From: Mobula hypostoma
Lineage: Eukaryota
DNA: 64,000 bases
Direction of reading: 5' to 3'
Assembly (NCBI RefSeq): GCF_963921235.1
Contig: NC_086097.1
Coordinates: 227,542,001 to 227,606,000 of the forward strand
Shown here: one piece after another, positions 12,720-27,483 of the stretch
Numbering within the stretch: the first letter of the stretch is position 1
How the letters are laid out: every line of letters starts with the position of its first letter
The notes under the pieces: generated by a model
The model's input: the letters and a program-made list of their open reading frames with translations, nothing else
Told to the model about the DNA's origin: nothing
Database searches by the model: none
Position numbers and translations under genes: made by a program

Positions 12720-13020
12720 GAGTCGAGGACTACAGTACACAGCCTCAGAATAGAGGGGTGTCCTTTTAGAATGGAGATGAGGAGGAATTTCTTCATCCAG
12801 AGAGTGATGAATCTGTGGAACTTGTTGCCACAGGCAGCTGTGGAGGCCAACTCTTTGTTTATCTTTAAGGCAGAGGTTGATATATTCTTGATTGGTCAGG
12901 GCATGAAGGAGGAGCCAGGAGATTGGGGCTGAGAGGAAAGTTGGATCAGCCATGATGAAATGGCAGAGCAGACTCAATGGGACAAATGGCCTAATTCTGC
13001 TCCTATATCTAATCATCTTA
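12720..13020 (+). mobile_element. CR1 3' end fragment
   Basis: HSLRIEGCPFRMEMRRNFF peptide and CR1 3' UTR. Confidence 0.85.
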
Positions 13021-13029
13021 AGCACTTAT

Positions 13030-13402
13030 AATGATAAGCCTGATTCTGATTTTGGTCTGTATTGTGGACTGATAGTAGGAAGGGGATAGGGAGAGGGGAG
13101 TCATGGTTGGGAAAGGAGGAAGGGAGAGGGGAGGGAGCAGGAAGCACTAGAGTTACATTCTGTAATGATTAACAAATCAAGTGTTTGGAATCAAACGGCC
13201 TTTCCTGGTGTCTCAGGAATGGATGTGTCTGCAACTGACTGTCCCCTGTTCCTGGCACTCCTTCTCTGCCACCTGTCCCATACTCCACACACGACGCTCC
13301 ACCCTAACCGTTCCGAACGTCCTTTGCTCCCACCAGATTTACAAGTTCACTCTCTGCTCCATATTGACAAGTACAGTACTATGCAAAAGTCTTAGGCACC
13401 CT

Positions 13403-13438
<36 letters not shown>

Positions 13439-13450
13439 CACAGTACTGTA
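13030..13450 (+). repeat. Dispersed composite repeat ending in a Tc1-like mini-hairpin (13374-13448) with a (CT)n expansion
   Basis: Homologous to 29040-29420 and the reverse complement of 51671-52085. Terminal TA-CAGTACT(A/G)TGCAAAAG...TTGCACAGTACTG-TA. Confidence 0.75.
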
Positions 13451-13602
13451 CCTGTTCCAGTTCCCTTTACTGTACAGTAAAATGAATCCACATATGGGGA
13501 CTGTTAAAATTTCAGACTCAGTGCAAGTGCCTCTGGTAAGTTATTTGGATTCAACAAAAAAAATCAAATGATTTAACCTTCCCACACTCTTCCAATACCA
13601 TC

Positions 13603-14208
13603 TGTACGGGGTCTTTCTTTTGTTACATTTAAAATGGCGACTTTGTTATGTTAATCTGGGGAATGCAGCTTTGTTGTGCTTTAACGCTGAAGAGAGTTTG
13701 CGCTAGCAGTTTGTTTACTTTAAAATGAGATAACAGGGTTCTATTAGCCAATGGGTGGTTATGTATTGTTTTGTTTTCGGATGCCATGCTGTATGATATG
13801 ACTGTGGACTGAGTTTTGGCGGGGAGTCGGAGGAGAGATGAGGAGGACCGCGGACGTGTGGAGAGGCTCCGGTCGATCACTCAGGGTGGTCCTGAGCCGT
13901 GAGTCGACGGAATTCGAGTGGTCGTCTGAAGTCGAATTGAGCTCCAATGTAGCGCGCGAAGAACTTGGACTTTGATAAGTGTTGGCGCCTTTTTTTTCAT
14001 TACTTTCCTCTCTGTATCAAATGTATATTAATGTCATAGAATTAGTAATATCTATAAAGTGTATTTGTTAAAATTTACTGGGTGTGCTGGCTGATGATTG
14101 ATGTTTGTGATTGATTCGGGCGGCAACCGACCCTGTGGGGAGTGTTGAAGCAGGTGCTGGGCTGGATTTCCCCTAGACATACACGAGCCAATATAACAGA
14201 ACGTTACA
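13603..14208. mobile_element. Solo LTR (probably Ty3/Gypsy-type)
   Basis: Termini TGTACG...CGTTACA, exact 4-bp TSD CATC (13599-13602, 14209-14212), 606 bp, CpG-rich relative to flanks, no ORF. Confidence 0.8.
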
Positions 14209-14249
14209 CATCCTTAGAGACCATTTAAAAGTCTTAGGATGAAGAAAAA

Positions 14250-14590
14250 ACATTCAAAGTTCAAAGTAAATTTATTATCAAATTATGTCTGTACATGCCA
14301 CTATAAACCACCTTGAGATACATTTTTGTAGGCATTCACTGTAGAACAAAGGAGTACAATAGAATCAAGGAAAAACTCCACACAAAGGCTGATAAACTAC
14401 CAATGTGCAAAAGCAGGCATACTGTGCAAATCCAAAAATAATAAACAAACAAACAAGCAAACAAATAAATGGATAGATAGGTGGATAGATAGATATATAG
14501 ATAGATAGATGCATAAATAAATAAATACTGAGAAAATGTGTTGTAAAATCATTGACAGTGAATCCATTGGTTGTGGACTCAGTTCAGAAG
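14250..14590 (-). repeat. LINE-tail-like dispersed repeat containing (AAAC)n and (TAGA)n microsatellites
   Basis: Minus strand AATAAA followed by a (ctttgaa)n-like tail at 14252-14276; microsatellites about 14440-14525. Confidence 0.55.
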
Positions 14591-15149
14591 GTGCAAATTA
14601 ATTTTAAAACCTGTAACCATCCATGAGGTATGTCATTTCGATGTCAACAGATGGTAGTGGAGCACATTTCAGATGGACAGAGAGTTCAGGTGTCTAACAT
14701 AATTCCTTTGGCAACAGTCTACAGATGAGTAAAGCAATTGGCATTCTCAATGTAGTTTCTGCAAACAGCATGAAGCAGTACATTTTAATTTCACAAATGA
14801 AAGACCCATAAACACAAAATAAATTATCAAAACTTCTGGGAAATCAGCATCACATTCCTCCCACAAGATGCAATAGACTCCACCAGCCTGTCCCTTTGTG
14901 TCTAGCATGCTAATTTTTTTTTTACAGCATGCAATGGGAATACCATGATCACAAACTTATTTAATAATGTTATGCAAAGAACTGCTCACTGCTCCGCAAA
15001 GTTAGAGGCAATTGCTAGCCATTGTTAATTTTATTTCTATTTTTTGTCCTAGCTATAAATAAATTAGATTTTTCTTCTTCTGGTCCGCAGGGAAATAAGT
15101 GTCAACCATGGTTCTCATGTTTGTCTCTCAGCTTTTGAGTGAAAATCTG

Positions 15150-15470
15150 TGCAGGGTTCATAATGCTGCAGCTAGCACTTGAGCACTTAATCCAGATTGC
15201 CACACCACACCATGCTATGAAGGTGCCACACTTTTGAGCATGTCTTCTTTCAGGAGAGATATAGTATCAGATAAATAAGAAGTTCCTATGGCACTTTTCA
15301 AAGAAGGGCAGGGCAGTTGTCCTTGTGTCCTGACAACCACCATCACTAAAATAAATTGTCTGATCATTACCTCATGCTGTTTGTACAAACTGGTCCCACG
15401 TGTATTGACTGCTAAATTTCCTCCATTCTAACAATGACTACATATTTAAAAGTTCTTCAATTATGTGAGG
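15150..15470 (+). mobile_element. Old DeuSINE-like SINE (SacSINE1/AmnSINE1-type central domain)
   Basis: Recognisable decayed Deu-domain string cctatggcacttttcaaagaagggcagggcagttgtccttgtgtcctgacaa...catcactaaaa...tctgatcattacctcatgctgtttgt. Recognised from memory of the family, not searched. Confidence 0.65.
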
Positions 15471-15639
15471 GAAATCGAATATATTGCCTTCATGCCGTGT
15501 GTTGTCTAGGTTGGGAAAGCCAAATCCCGTTAGGTCTAGCCTTCAATGATAACGAAAAACAATGCTGACAAAGGCAAATCCAATTACACCGGCATTTCTG
15601 CAAGTGTCTGAAATCATTGTATATGCTTATATATAAAAT

Positions 15640-15855
15640 GGGTGGCACTGTAGTATAGAGGTGAGCGTAACACCATTACTGCACGGGCAACTCGGGTTCA
15701 ATACCACAGTTGTCTGCGGAGTTTGAACTTTCACCCCATGTCTTTCCTGTTTCTTCCCACATTCCAAAGACAGCGATTTAATAGGTTAATTGGTCACATA
15801 GGTATAATTGGGCAGAATGAGCTTATTGTGTTGTAAGAGCTTGTTACTGCACTAC
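15640..15855 (+). mobile_element. V-SINE (tRNA-derived), decayed
   Basis: A/B-box-like head (gggttcaatacc) and V-domain gtttcttcccacattccaaagac...ggttaattggtcac. Confidence 0.7.
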
Positions 15856-16005
15856 TGAGGTAGGCTTATACCTGAAAATTCAGTAATGTACCAAATAATA
15901 TTTAATTGCAATGTGTTTAAAGTGTAGAGTGAAATCAATTAAGATCAGGTTGTTATAGTGCACACCTTGCAAAATGTGAATGCATACTTTTGATGTCTAT
16001 TGTTT

Positions 16006-16997
16006 CTCACCCTGAATACCAGCGTGTCTCAAGGCTGTGTGATGACCCTCTTCTGTACTCCCTTTTCACCTATGACTGCCTTTCCTGTACATGGTTCTAA
16101 CTCCATAATCAAGTTCGCAGACGACAGCACGGTGGTTGGCCTGGTCAGAGGGGATGACGAGACGGCCTACAGGGATGAGATCCAGCACCTGGCCGCGTGG
16201 TGTGCCAATAACAACCTGGCTCTTAACACCCAGAAGACCAAGGAGATTATTGCGGACTACAGGCATGCTAGGAGCCACACTCACGTCCCCATCTATATCA
16301 ACGGAGCTGTAGTGGAGCGTGTATCAAGCTTCAAATTATTTGGTGTCCATCTTTCTGATGATCTCACCTGGTCCTTGAACTCCTCCATCCTGATTAAAAA
16401 GATGCAACGGAGCCTTTATTTCCTGCGAAACGTCAGGAAAGCTCACCTCTGTCCCGGGATACTGACGGATTTTTACCGCTGTACTTTTGAGAGCATACTC
16501 ACCAAATGCAACTCAGTGTGGTATGGCAATTGTCCCGCATCACACCGTAAAGCACTCCAGCGTGTGGTGAAAACTGCCCAATGGAATATTGGCACCCAAT
16601 TGCCCACCATTGAGAACATCTACCATAAACGCTGCCTGGGCAGGGTGAAAAGCATTATCAAGGATGCATCTCACCCTAACCATGGACTTCTTACTCTCCT
16701 CCCATCCGGTAGGCGCTACAGGAGCCTCCTTTCCCGCACCAGCAGGCTCAGGAAGAGCTTCTTCCCTGAGGCTGTGACCCTGCTGAACCTCATATCACAG
16801 CGCTAAGCAGTATTGCACCCATATTGCACTGTCTCAGTACTTTTATATTTGTGTGCTGTAGCACTTACTTTTTATTCGCAGTTATTTTGTAAATAATACT
16901 ATTCTTTTGCACTTCTGGTCAGATGCTAATTGCATTTCATTGGCTTTGTATCTGTACTCAGCACAATGACAATAAAGTTGAATCTAATCTAATCTAA
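16006..16997 (+). mobile_element. Rex1/Babar-type LINE, 5'-truncated (RT C-terminal half)
   Basis: IIKFADDSTVVGL, LALNTQKTKEII, LPSGRRYRSL in ORF 16000-16806; AATAAA plus (atcta)n tail. Confidence 0.92.
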
Positions 16998-17832
16998 TTA
17001 TTACCCAATTGAGCCCTGTGAAAATGATTCTCATACATGCCATGATCATAGACCATGCCCAGGGAAGCAGATCTGAACTGTTGTGACAAGCTCTGACCTA
17101 AAAGAAATTAAGTACTGTCAATCATTTTCCAGTATTTTTGGGCGGTAATCCCTCTGTCAAAGGTGCGTGAAGACTCTTGCTGGAGACATTGGGAAACGTT
17201 TTGATGAACCCAGTTATGCATAATGGAAGCATTAGTCAGGGACTACTGAGCCTACAACATTAACTGGAGCAGAGGGAGAAGACCCAATGATAAAGCCTCA
17301 CTTACAGGCCACCCAAACAAGGGCAGTTGTCATCTGAAGATGATACAAATAACTTCCTGAAAGTGAAATATACTGTAAAATGACTAGATGGGTAGAGTTT
17401 GTCAAAAGCATTCAGGAAACTTTCCTTAATCAGTATGTAGAAGAACGGGAGTGTGGTACTCGATCTCCTATTAGGGAATGAGACAGGACAGGTAGCAGAA
17501 GTTTATGTAGGAGAACATTTTGCATCCAGTGACCACAAGGCCAATAGTTTCAAAATAAGTACGAACAAACATAGGCCTGGTCCGCCCGCTGAGATCCTAA
17601 ATTGAAGAAAGGCCAATTTTAATGGTATCAGAAATGATCTAGCAAGTGTGGCTTGGGACAGGCTGTTTACTGGTGTACTTGGTAAGTGGGAGGCCTTCAA
17701 AAATGAAATTTTGAGGGTACAAAGCATATATGTGCCCATCAGAATAAAAGGTAAAGACAACAAGTGTAGGGAACCTTGTTTTTCAAGATATATTGAGGCC
17801 CTGGTTAAGAAAGAAAGGAAGTTCATAGCATG

Positions 17833-18413
17833 TGTAACATTCTGGGAAAGGTTTCGCTGCTAATGTAATGGCCTTTCTGTAGAAACACTGCTAATGTAAT
17901 GATTTTTCTGTAGCAGCAGTGTTTGGGTTATGGCTGGAGATAATGGAGGCTTTGGAATGTACGCCGTCCAGTGAAGGGAGTGTTTTCTCTTGTTGTGTGC
18001 CTGAGTCCAAGGTGATCTGGGTCTTTTGTTTGGCAGAAGATGAAGAGAGAAGATGCCAGAAAGGAGAGGTCATAGACAGCAGAAAGGAGTGGGCCGGGAG
18101 TCAACGAAGCCTGGGGAACGCGATGGAGGACCAGTGGAAGGGAAACAGTGAGCTCCAACTCATGCACAGTAGACTGGTTCATTAAAATGGGCCCTTTTTT
18201 TTTGTCTTACCTTACTAACCCTTTAGTCAAATTAAGAATTATAAAGCTAAATCATTTAATTGCATATGGTGTACTGTCAGTTATTTCATGCAACTGATTT
18301 GTAACGGGGTAACACATCACGCAGCATCCACACAAAAAGGTTTTGCACCTCAATCTCATGCATTTGGTGGGGCCAGAGATTGGGGCCACAGCTGACAGAA
18401 CCGGAGGGTTACG
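17833..18413. mobile_element. Probable second solo LTR (different family)
   Basis: Termini TGTAAC...GTTAC(G), flanks CATG/CAGG (4-bp TSD with one mismatch), 581 bp, cleanly interrupts CR1. Internal tandem ctgctaatgtaatg...tttctgtag. Confidence 0.65.
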
Positions 18414-19599
18414 CAGGAAGGAACAAATGAGATGCTGATGGAGTATAAGAAATGTAAGACAACACTAAAGAAATAAATCAGGAGGGCTAAACGAAGGCAT
18501 GACGTTGCCCTGGCAGACAAGGTGAAAGAGAATCCTAAGGATATACAGATACGTTAAGGGAAAAATTGGTCCTTTGGAAAATCAGAATGGTAATCAATGC
18601 ATGGAGCCAAAAGAATGGGGGAGATCTTAAATTAATTTTTTTTTGCATCTGTATTTACTCAGGAGCCTATGGAGGTGAAGCAGAGCAGCATTGACTTCAT
18701 GGAACCTATACAGATTACAGAGGAGGAGGTGTTTGCTATCTTGAGGCAAATTAGGGTGGATAAACCCCCAGGGCTTGAAAAATTGTTCCCTCAGACCTTT
18801 GGAATGCAAGTGCAGAAATTGCCGGGGGCCCAGCAGACGATGCTTACATCATGCTTAGTGACGGGAGAGATACCAGAGGATTGGAGGATAGCCAATGTTG
18901 TTCCGATGTTTAAGAAAGGGTCTAAACATAAGCCAAGAATTTATAGGCTGTTGAGCCTGATACCAGTAGTGGGAATGTTATTGAAAGGTATTCTAAAGGA
19001 CTTGATATATGAGTATTTGGATAGACATACACTGATTAAGGAAAGTCTGCATGGCTTTTTGTGTGGTAAGTTGTGTCTGTTTAATCTTTTTTCAAGGAAA
19101 ATACCAGGGAATTGATGAAGGCAAGACAGTAGATGTTATCCACATAGAATTTAGTCAGACATTTGACAAGCTCCTGCAGAGGAGTTTGTTAAGAAGGTTC
19201 AGTTGTTTGGCATTCAAGCTGAGGTATTAAATTGGATTAGACATTGGCTTTGTGGCAAAAGTGACAGAGTTGTAGTAGCTGGTTGCTTCTCTGACTGGAG
19301 GCCTTTGACTGTTGGAGTGCTATAGGGATTGGTGCTGGGTCCATTGTTGTTTGTCATATTTATCAATGATCTGGAACAGGGGCCCCAACCTTCTTTGCGC
19401 CACGGACCGGTTTAATATTGACAATATTCTTGCGGACTGGCCAACAGGGCGGGGAGGGGGTGTTAACCATGACCGGAATATAGGTGGTAAGTCAACTATA
19501 TGTCACTTATCAGTGGCTAATACACTCAATTTTGTTTCTAAAAAGGTTTATCTAACAAATTTAATATTAAACAGACAGCGCATATTTTCCTCGCATATT

Positions 19600-22276
<2,677 letters not shown>

Positions 22277-23739
22277 CGAGTAGTTGCAGGTTAGTGACCG
22301 ACTGATGTCCTCGCGTGCGTTCAAGTACAACAGTGGGTGTGACAGGGAATGAGGAAAGGTGCAGTTGACTCATATCATCTCCCTCGTGGCCCAGTAGCAC
22401 ATGCTTTGCGGCCCAGTGGTTGGGGACCACTGATCAGGAAGATCATGTGGTTAACTGGATCAGCATATTTGTAGATGACACCAGGACTAGCGGCGTAGTG
22501 GATGGCGAGGAAGAATATCATGCCTTGCAGCGGTATCTGGACCGGCAGGAAAAATGGGCTGAGAAATGGCAGATGGAATTTAATGCAGACAAGTAGGAGG
22601 TTTTTCACTTTGGTAGGACCAACCTGGGTAGGTCTTACACAGTGAATGGTAGGGCACCGAAGAGTACAGTAGAACAAAGTGACCTAGCAATACAGGTCCA
22701 TAATTCATTGAAAGTGGCTTCATAGGTGGATAGGTTCATAAAGAAAGCCTTTAGCACATCGCCCTTCATTAATAAATGTATTGAGTACAGCACATGGGAT
22801 GTTACGCTGAAGTTGCTTAAGACATTGGCGAGGCCTAATTTGGAGGATTGTGTGCAGTTTTGGTCATCTATCTAAAGGAAAGATGTCAATAAGTTTGACA
22901 GAGTAAAGAGAAATCACCATATTCACAGCAACGAGGAAAAACATTCGTGTGAGGATGGAAAAGTATCATGTGTTTAGTTTTGATAATAAATTGGAGAACA
23001 GGAAAAAAGGGAGCTACAAGTGAAAATTATGCACTTAAGTAAAGGAAATCTTGAACAATTGAGAGCCAAATTGACTACAAGATGGTGGCTTTGCCAAATT
23101 GACACACTATGGGAAGAAGTGTATGAAACAACTTATACAGGACAAAACCACTGAAAAAAATCACCAAGGGCAATTATTTCATATTTTAGGCTAAAATTAT
23201 GTTCAAAAATGAAAACAATTTATTTGATGGTAAGCACAAATAGATCTACGGTGGATAGAATGATAAAGGAAACAGCGATACCATGGTAGCAAAGGACAAA
23301 AAGAAATAAAAAATGAAATTGCAAGCTTATAATAAAGTAGATATTCAGGCATTTATTGCAATATTTTATGATTATGCAAATGAATTTAATTTAGTGTCTA
23401 ATTAATAAACACACTTATGTCCTGTGTGCATGAAAATTTGTTCTAGGTCATCGGCATATTTGACACACATAAGCCTGGAGGCAACTAGGCATTCAGAATG
23501 GCATCAAATGCTGCACACTCCCTCCACAGATGCTACCTGACCAACTGATTATTTCAGTGCTTTCTTTTTAAAGGAGAACATACTAATAATATAATTAACT
23601 GCCCACATAAATATGGTCTTCCTAGCACAATGCATGTGCGTTGTGCCCCACCTCAGAAATTAAGTTTTTTTTAATGTTGAAAGTGCAGTACTATATTATA
23701 CATTTATTTCAAGTATCCAAGATCTTTTTTTGCCTCCAG

Positions 23740-24012
23740 ACTAATTATCTGAGCCAGCAGTTCAAATCCCACCACAGCAGCTGGGGAATTTCAATTTGGT
23801 TAATTAATTAATCTATAATTAAAAGCTAATGCCATTGATAGTGACTGGATCATGATCTGGTTTACAAATGCCTTCAGGGAAGGAAATCCGCCAACCTTAT
23901 CCAACCTGGTACCAGGTTAGCCAGTTTGGCTAATTTTGAAATGCCTAAAAGGCTACTTATTTCAAGGGCAAGTAGCCCTTGCCAGTCACACAATCTCCCT
24001 GTGAATAAGAAA
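23740..24012 (+). mobile_element. Decayed tRNA-derived SINE (chondrichthyan type)
   Basis: B-box gttcaaatccc followed by ...ccttcagggaaggaaatccgcc...cttgccagt... and an A-rich end; family recognised from memory only. Confidence 0.55.
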
Positions 24013-24161
24013 CACAAGCAGAGGAACTTAGAGGTGAGTTGTCTCAGATGACAATAATGCAAGTACAAAAGATAAAACTTAGCTTCCGGCTGGCAACTTT
24101 CTGTGGGTTCTTTCTTGAAGGATCCAATTAATATGGTTGAATTTTGTAAGGAGCTTGTCTA

Positions 24162-24644
24162 CACTTAGTGTCCACTTTATTATGTAACTCCTGGATAAAG
24201 TGGACACTGAGTGCATGTTCATGGTCTTTTGTTGCTGCCCACTTCAAGATTCAACACGTGCATTCAGAGTTGTTTTTTTCTCTGCTCACCACTGTTCTAA
24301 CACATGGTTATTTGAGTTACTATCACCTTCCTATCAGCTTGAACTGGACTGGCTATTTTCCTCTGACCTGTCTCATTAATAAGACATTTTCGCACCACCC
24401 TCTGGAAACTCTGGAGGCTGCTGTGCGTGAAAATCACAGGAGACTAGCAGCTTCTGAGCACAAACCACCAACAATCATTCCAAGGCCAGTAACTTATCCT
24501 TCCCATTCTAGTGTCTGGTCTGAACAACAACTGAACTTCTTGACCATGTCTGCATGCTTTTATGCATTGGATTGCTACTACATGATTGGCTAATTGGATA
24601 TTTGCATTAACACGCGGCTGTACCTAATAAAGTGGCCACTAGTG
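24162..24644. mobile_element. Non-autonomous Tc1/mariner-like element
   Basis: TIRs CACTTAGTGTCCACTTTATTATGTA / TACCTAATAAAGTGGCCACTAGTG, left flank TA. Confidence 0.75.
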
Positions 24645-24700
24645 CAGACTGGGCACAGAGGAATACCGTCTGAATTTTTATAGCATAGTTAGTCAGTATA

Positions 24701-26630
24701 TAGATTAGGTTAGATTCAACTTTATTGTCATTGTGCCGAGTACAGATACAAAGCCAATGAAATGCAGTTAGCATCTGACCAGAAATGCAAAGAATAGCGT
24801 TATTTACAAAATAACTGCGAATAAAAAGTAGGTGCTACAGCACACAAATATAAAAGTACTGAGACAGTATAATATGGATGCAATACTACTTAGCGCTGTG
24901 ATGTGAGATTCAGCAGGGTCACAGCCTCAGGGAAGAAGCTCTTCCTGTGCCTGCTGGTGTGGGAGCAGAGGCTCCTGTAGCACCTACCAGATGGGAGGAG
25001 AGCAAAAAGTTAAGGGTTAGGGTGAGGTGCATCCTTGATAGTGCTTTTTACCCTGCCCAGGCAGCATTTATAGTAGATGTTCTCAATGGTGGGCAATTGG
25101 GTGCCGATAATCCGCTGGACAGTTTTCACCACCTGCTGGAATGCTTTGCGGTCCGATACGGGACAATTGCCATACCACACTGAGATGCAGTTGGTGAGTA
25201 TGCTCTCAATGGTACAGTGATAAAAGTCCGTCAGTATCCTGGGACAGAGGTGAGCTTTCTTGATGCTTCGCAGGAAATTAAGGTGCTGTTGCACCTTTTT
25301 GATCAGGTTGGAGAAGTTCAGGGACCAGGTGAGATCCTCGGAAATGTGGACGCCAAGGAATTTGAAGCTTGATACACACTCCACTACAGCTCCGTTCATG
25401 TAGATGGGGACGTGAGTGTGACTCCTAACATGCCTGAAGTCCAGAATGATCTCCTTGGTTTTCTGGGTGTTAAGGGCCAGGTTGTTGTCGGCACACCAAG
25501 CGGCCAGGTGCTGGACCTCATCCCTGTAGGCCAACCACTGTGGTGTCATCTGTGAACTTGATTATGGAGTTAGAACCATGTACAGGAATGCAGTCATAGG
25601 TTCAAAGAGAGTACAGAAGAGGGCTCAGCACACAGCCTTGAGGCACGCCGGTGTTCAGGGTGAGAGTGGAGGAGAAGAGGTTGTCTAACTTAGCTGATTG
25701 GAGTCTGTTAGTCAGAAAGTCCAAGGTCCAATTGCAGAGGGATGAGCTGATATCAAGCTGGCGAAGTTTGGCGATCAGCTTGTAGGGGATCACAGTATTG
25801 AATGCCGAACTAAAGTCAATGAACAACATTCTGACATAAGAGTTGGGGTTGTCCAGGTGGGTCAGGGCAGAGTGAAGTGCCGTGGAGATGGCATCCTCTG
25901 CTGACCTGTTGGTGTGATAGGCAAATTGATGGGGGTCCAGGGTAGTGGGCAGACAGGATTTCAGATATGATAGAACCAGTCTCTCAAAGCACTTTGCAAT
26001 GATGGGGGTGAGTGCAACTGGGTGGAAGTCATTCAGACCCGTTGCAGTGGAATGCTTCAGCACTGGCACGATGGTAGCGATCTTGAAGCTTGTGGGGACA
26101 ACTGCCTGGGTCAGAGACCAATTAAAAATGTCCGTGAAGACCCCGGCCAACTGCCCTGCACAGACTCTGAGCACATGGCCAGGTATTCCATCTGGACCAG
26201 CTGCCGTCCGTATATTCACCCTGCTCAGGGTGGCGCAAACATCGGAGGTGGAAAGTGAGAGAGGCAGTTCACCAGGTGGGAGATCCGCTTTGAGGGTGAC
26301 CTCCTTGTTCTCTCGGTCAAAGCGAGCGTAGAAGTAATTGAGCTCATGGGGGGGGGGCGGTGGGAAGCAGAGCTGGAAGGGGGCACAGTACTAGGTGGTT
26401 TGAAGTCTGTAATGACCTGTATGCCATGCCACATGCGGGGGTCCGAGGAGTTGAAATGCTCCTCGATCTTCTGTTTGTATATGTGTTTAGCCTGAGAGAT
26501 TCCCCTCCTCAGGTTGGCACCGGCTGAGCTGTAAGCCTCCCGGTCTCCAGACCTGAAGGCTGAATCTCTGGCTTTGAGCAGGAGGCGAACTTCTCTGTTC
26601 ATCCATGGTTTCTGATTGGGGAAAACTTGT
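24701..26630 (-). mobile_element. Rex1/Babar-type LINE, 5'-truncated, most of RT
   Basis: [52 protein letters not shown]; same family and (atcta)n tail as 16006-16997. Confidence 0.93.
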
Positions 26631-26789
26631 ATTTGTTATCGAGGAATATACAATGTCTAAATATGCTAATAATATAAAGTGAATATTTTGAAAGATAGTG
26701 AAGAAAATTCCAAAGTGCTTCAGGAAGAGCAGAATGGGCTAATATGAGGCAGCTGCAATTTAATGTGGTTAAATACAGATCAAAACTTG

Positions 26790-26945
26790 TAGTACTGTGC
26801 AAAAATCTTAGGCACATATATATAGCTAGGGGGCCTAAGATATTTGCATTTTATGTATTGTACTGTACTGCTGCCACTAAAACAAAACAAATATCATTAC
26901 ATATATGAGTGATGATAAAACTGATTCTGATCTGGGTCTCTGTCC
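26790..26945 (+). repeat. Partial copy of the Tc1-like mini-hairpin composite repeat
   Basis: agtactgtgcaaaaatcttaggcacatatatatagctagggggcctaaga followed by sequence matching the reverse complement of 52050-52140. Confidence 0.7.
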
Positions 26946-27483
26946 AGTTTAAAGGTTGCACTGTTGAATCTCAGCAACTTCTGGCTGGTGGCCGATGAAA
27001 GAAGGAAAACAACAGATACTTTGTTAATACTCTTTTTCTGGTAAACAGTCATCACAAGCAATAGCCTGTAATTTCCCCTTGGACTTGGAGAAAATTCGAT
27101 GCGGCTGAATCGAGGCGAGGGAAGGCAGTGGGCCCGTCACCAAGAGTGAGGAAGACCCGAGGATGGATCGATTTAAGCACCAGGCCAATTTGGAAAGGTC
27201 AGGTACAGACCGAACTGAGGCAGCAGGGTCCAGGCCCAAGTGCGAATTGAAGTGACTGAACCCAATGTTTGGATGATGATTTAAACACCGGGCCAAACTG
27301 GAGATGTCAGGATGTTGGGGCCCGAGGTGTGGGACGGGCCAGTTCAGCTCACTGCGCCTCGACACTTATTTGGCTATGCGCTGAACTGAGGGTCTGGGAA
27401 CAGACTCTCTGTCACGTCAGTTCAGAACGTTATTTCCTTGCACTTATTGTTTGCATGATTTCTTTTTCTCTGTACACTAGGTT

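Noticed and set aside
16000..16806. Longest ORF (268 aa) as a host gene
   Set aside because: It is the RT C-terminal half of a 5'-truncated Rex1-type LINE with other copies in the window.
22920..23430. Unique AT-rich island
   Set aside because: Purine-biased, with faint CR1 ORF2-like phrases; more likely an ancient LINE remnant than a conserved element. The same applies to about 29480-30110 and 57620-58090.
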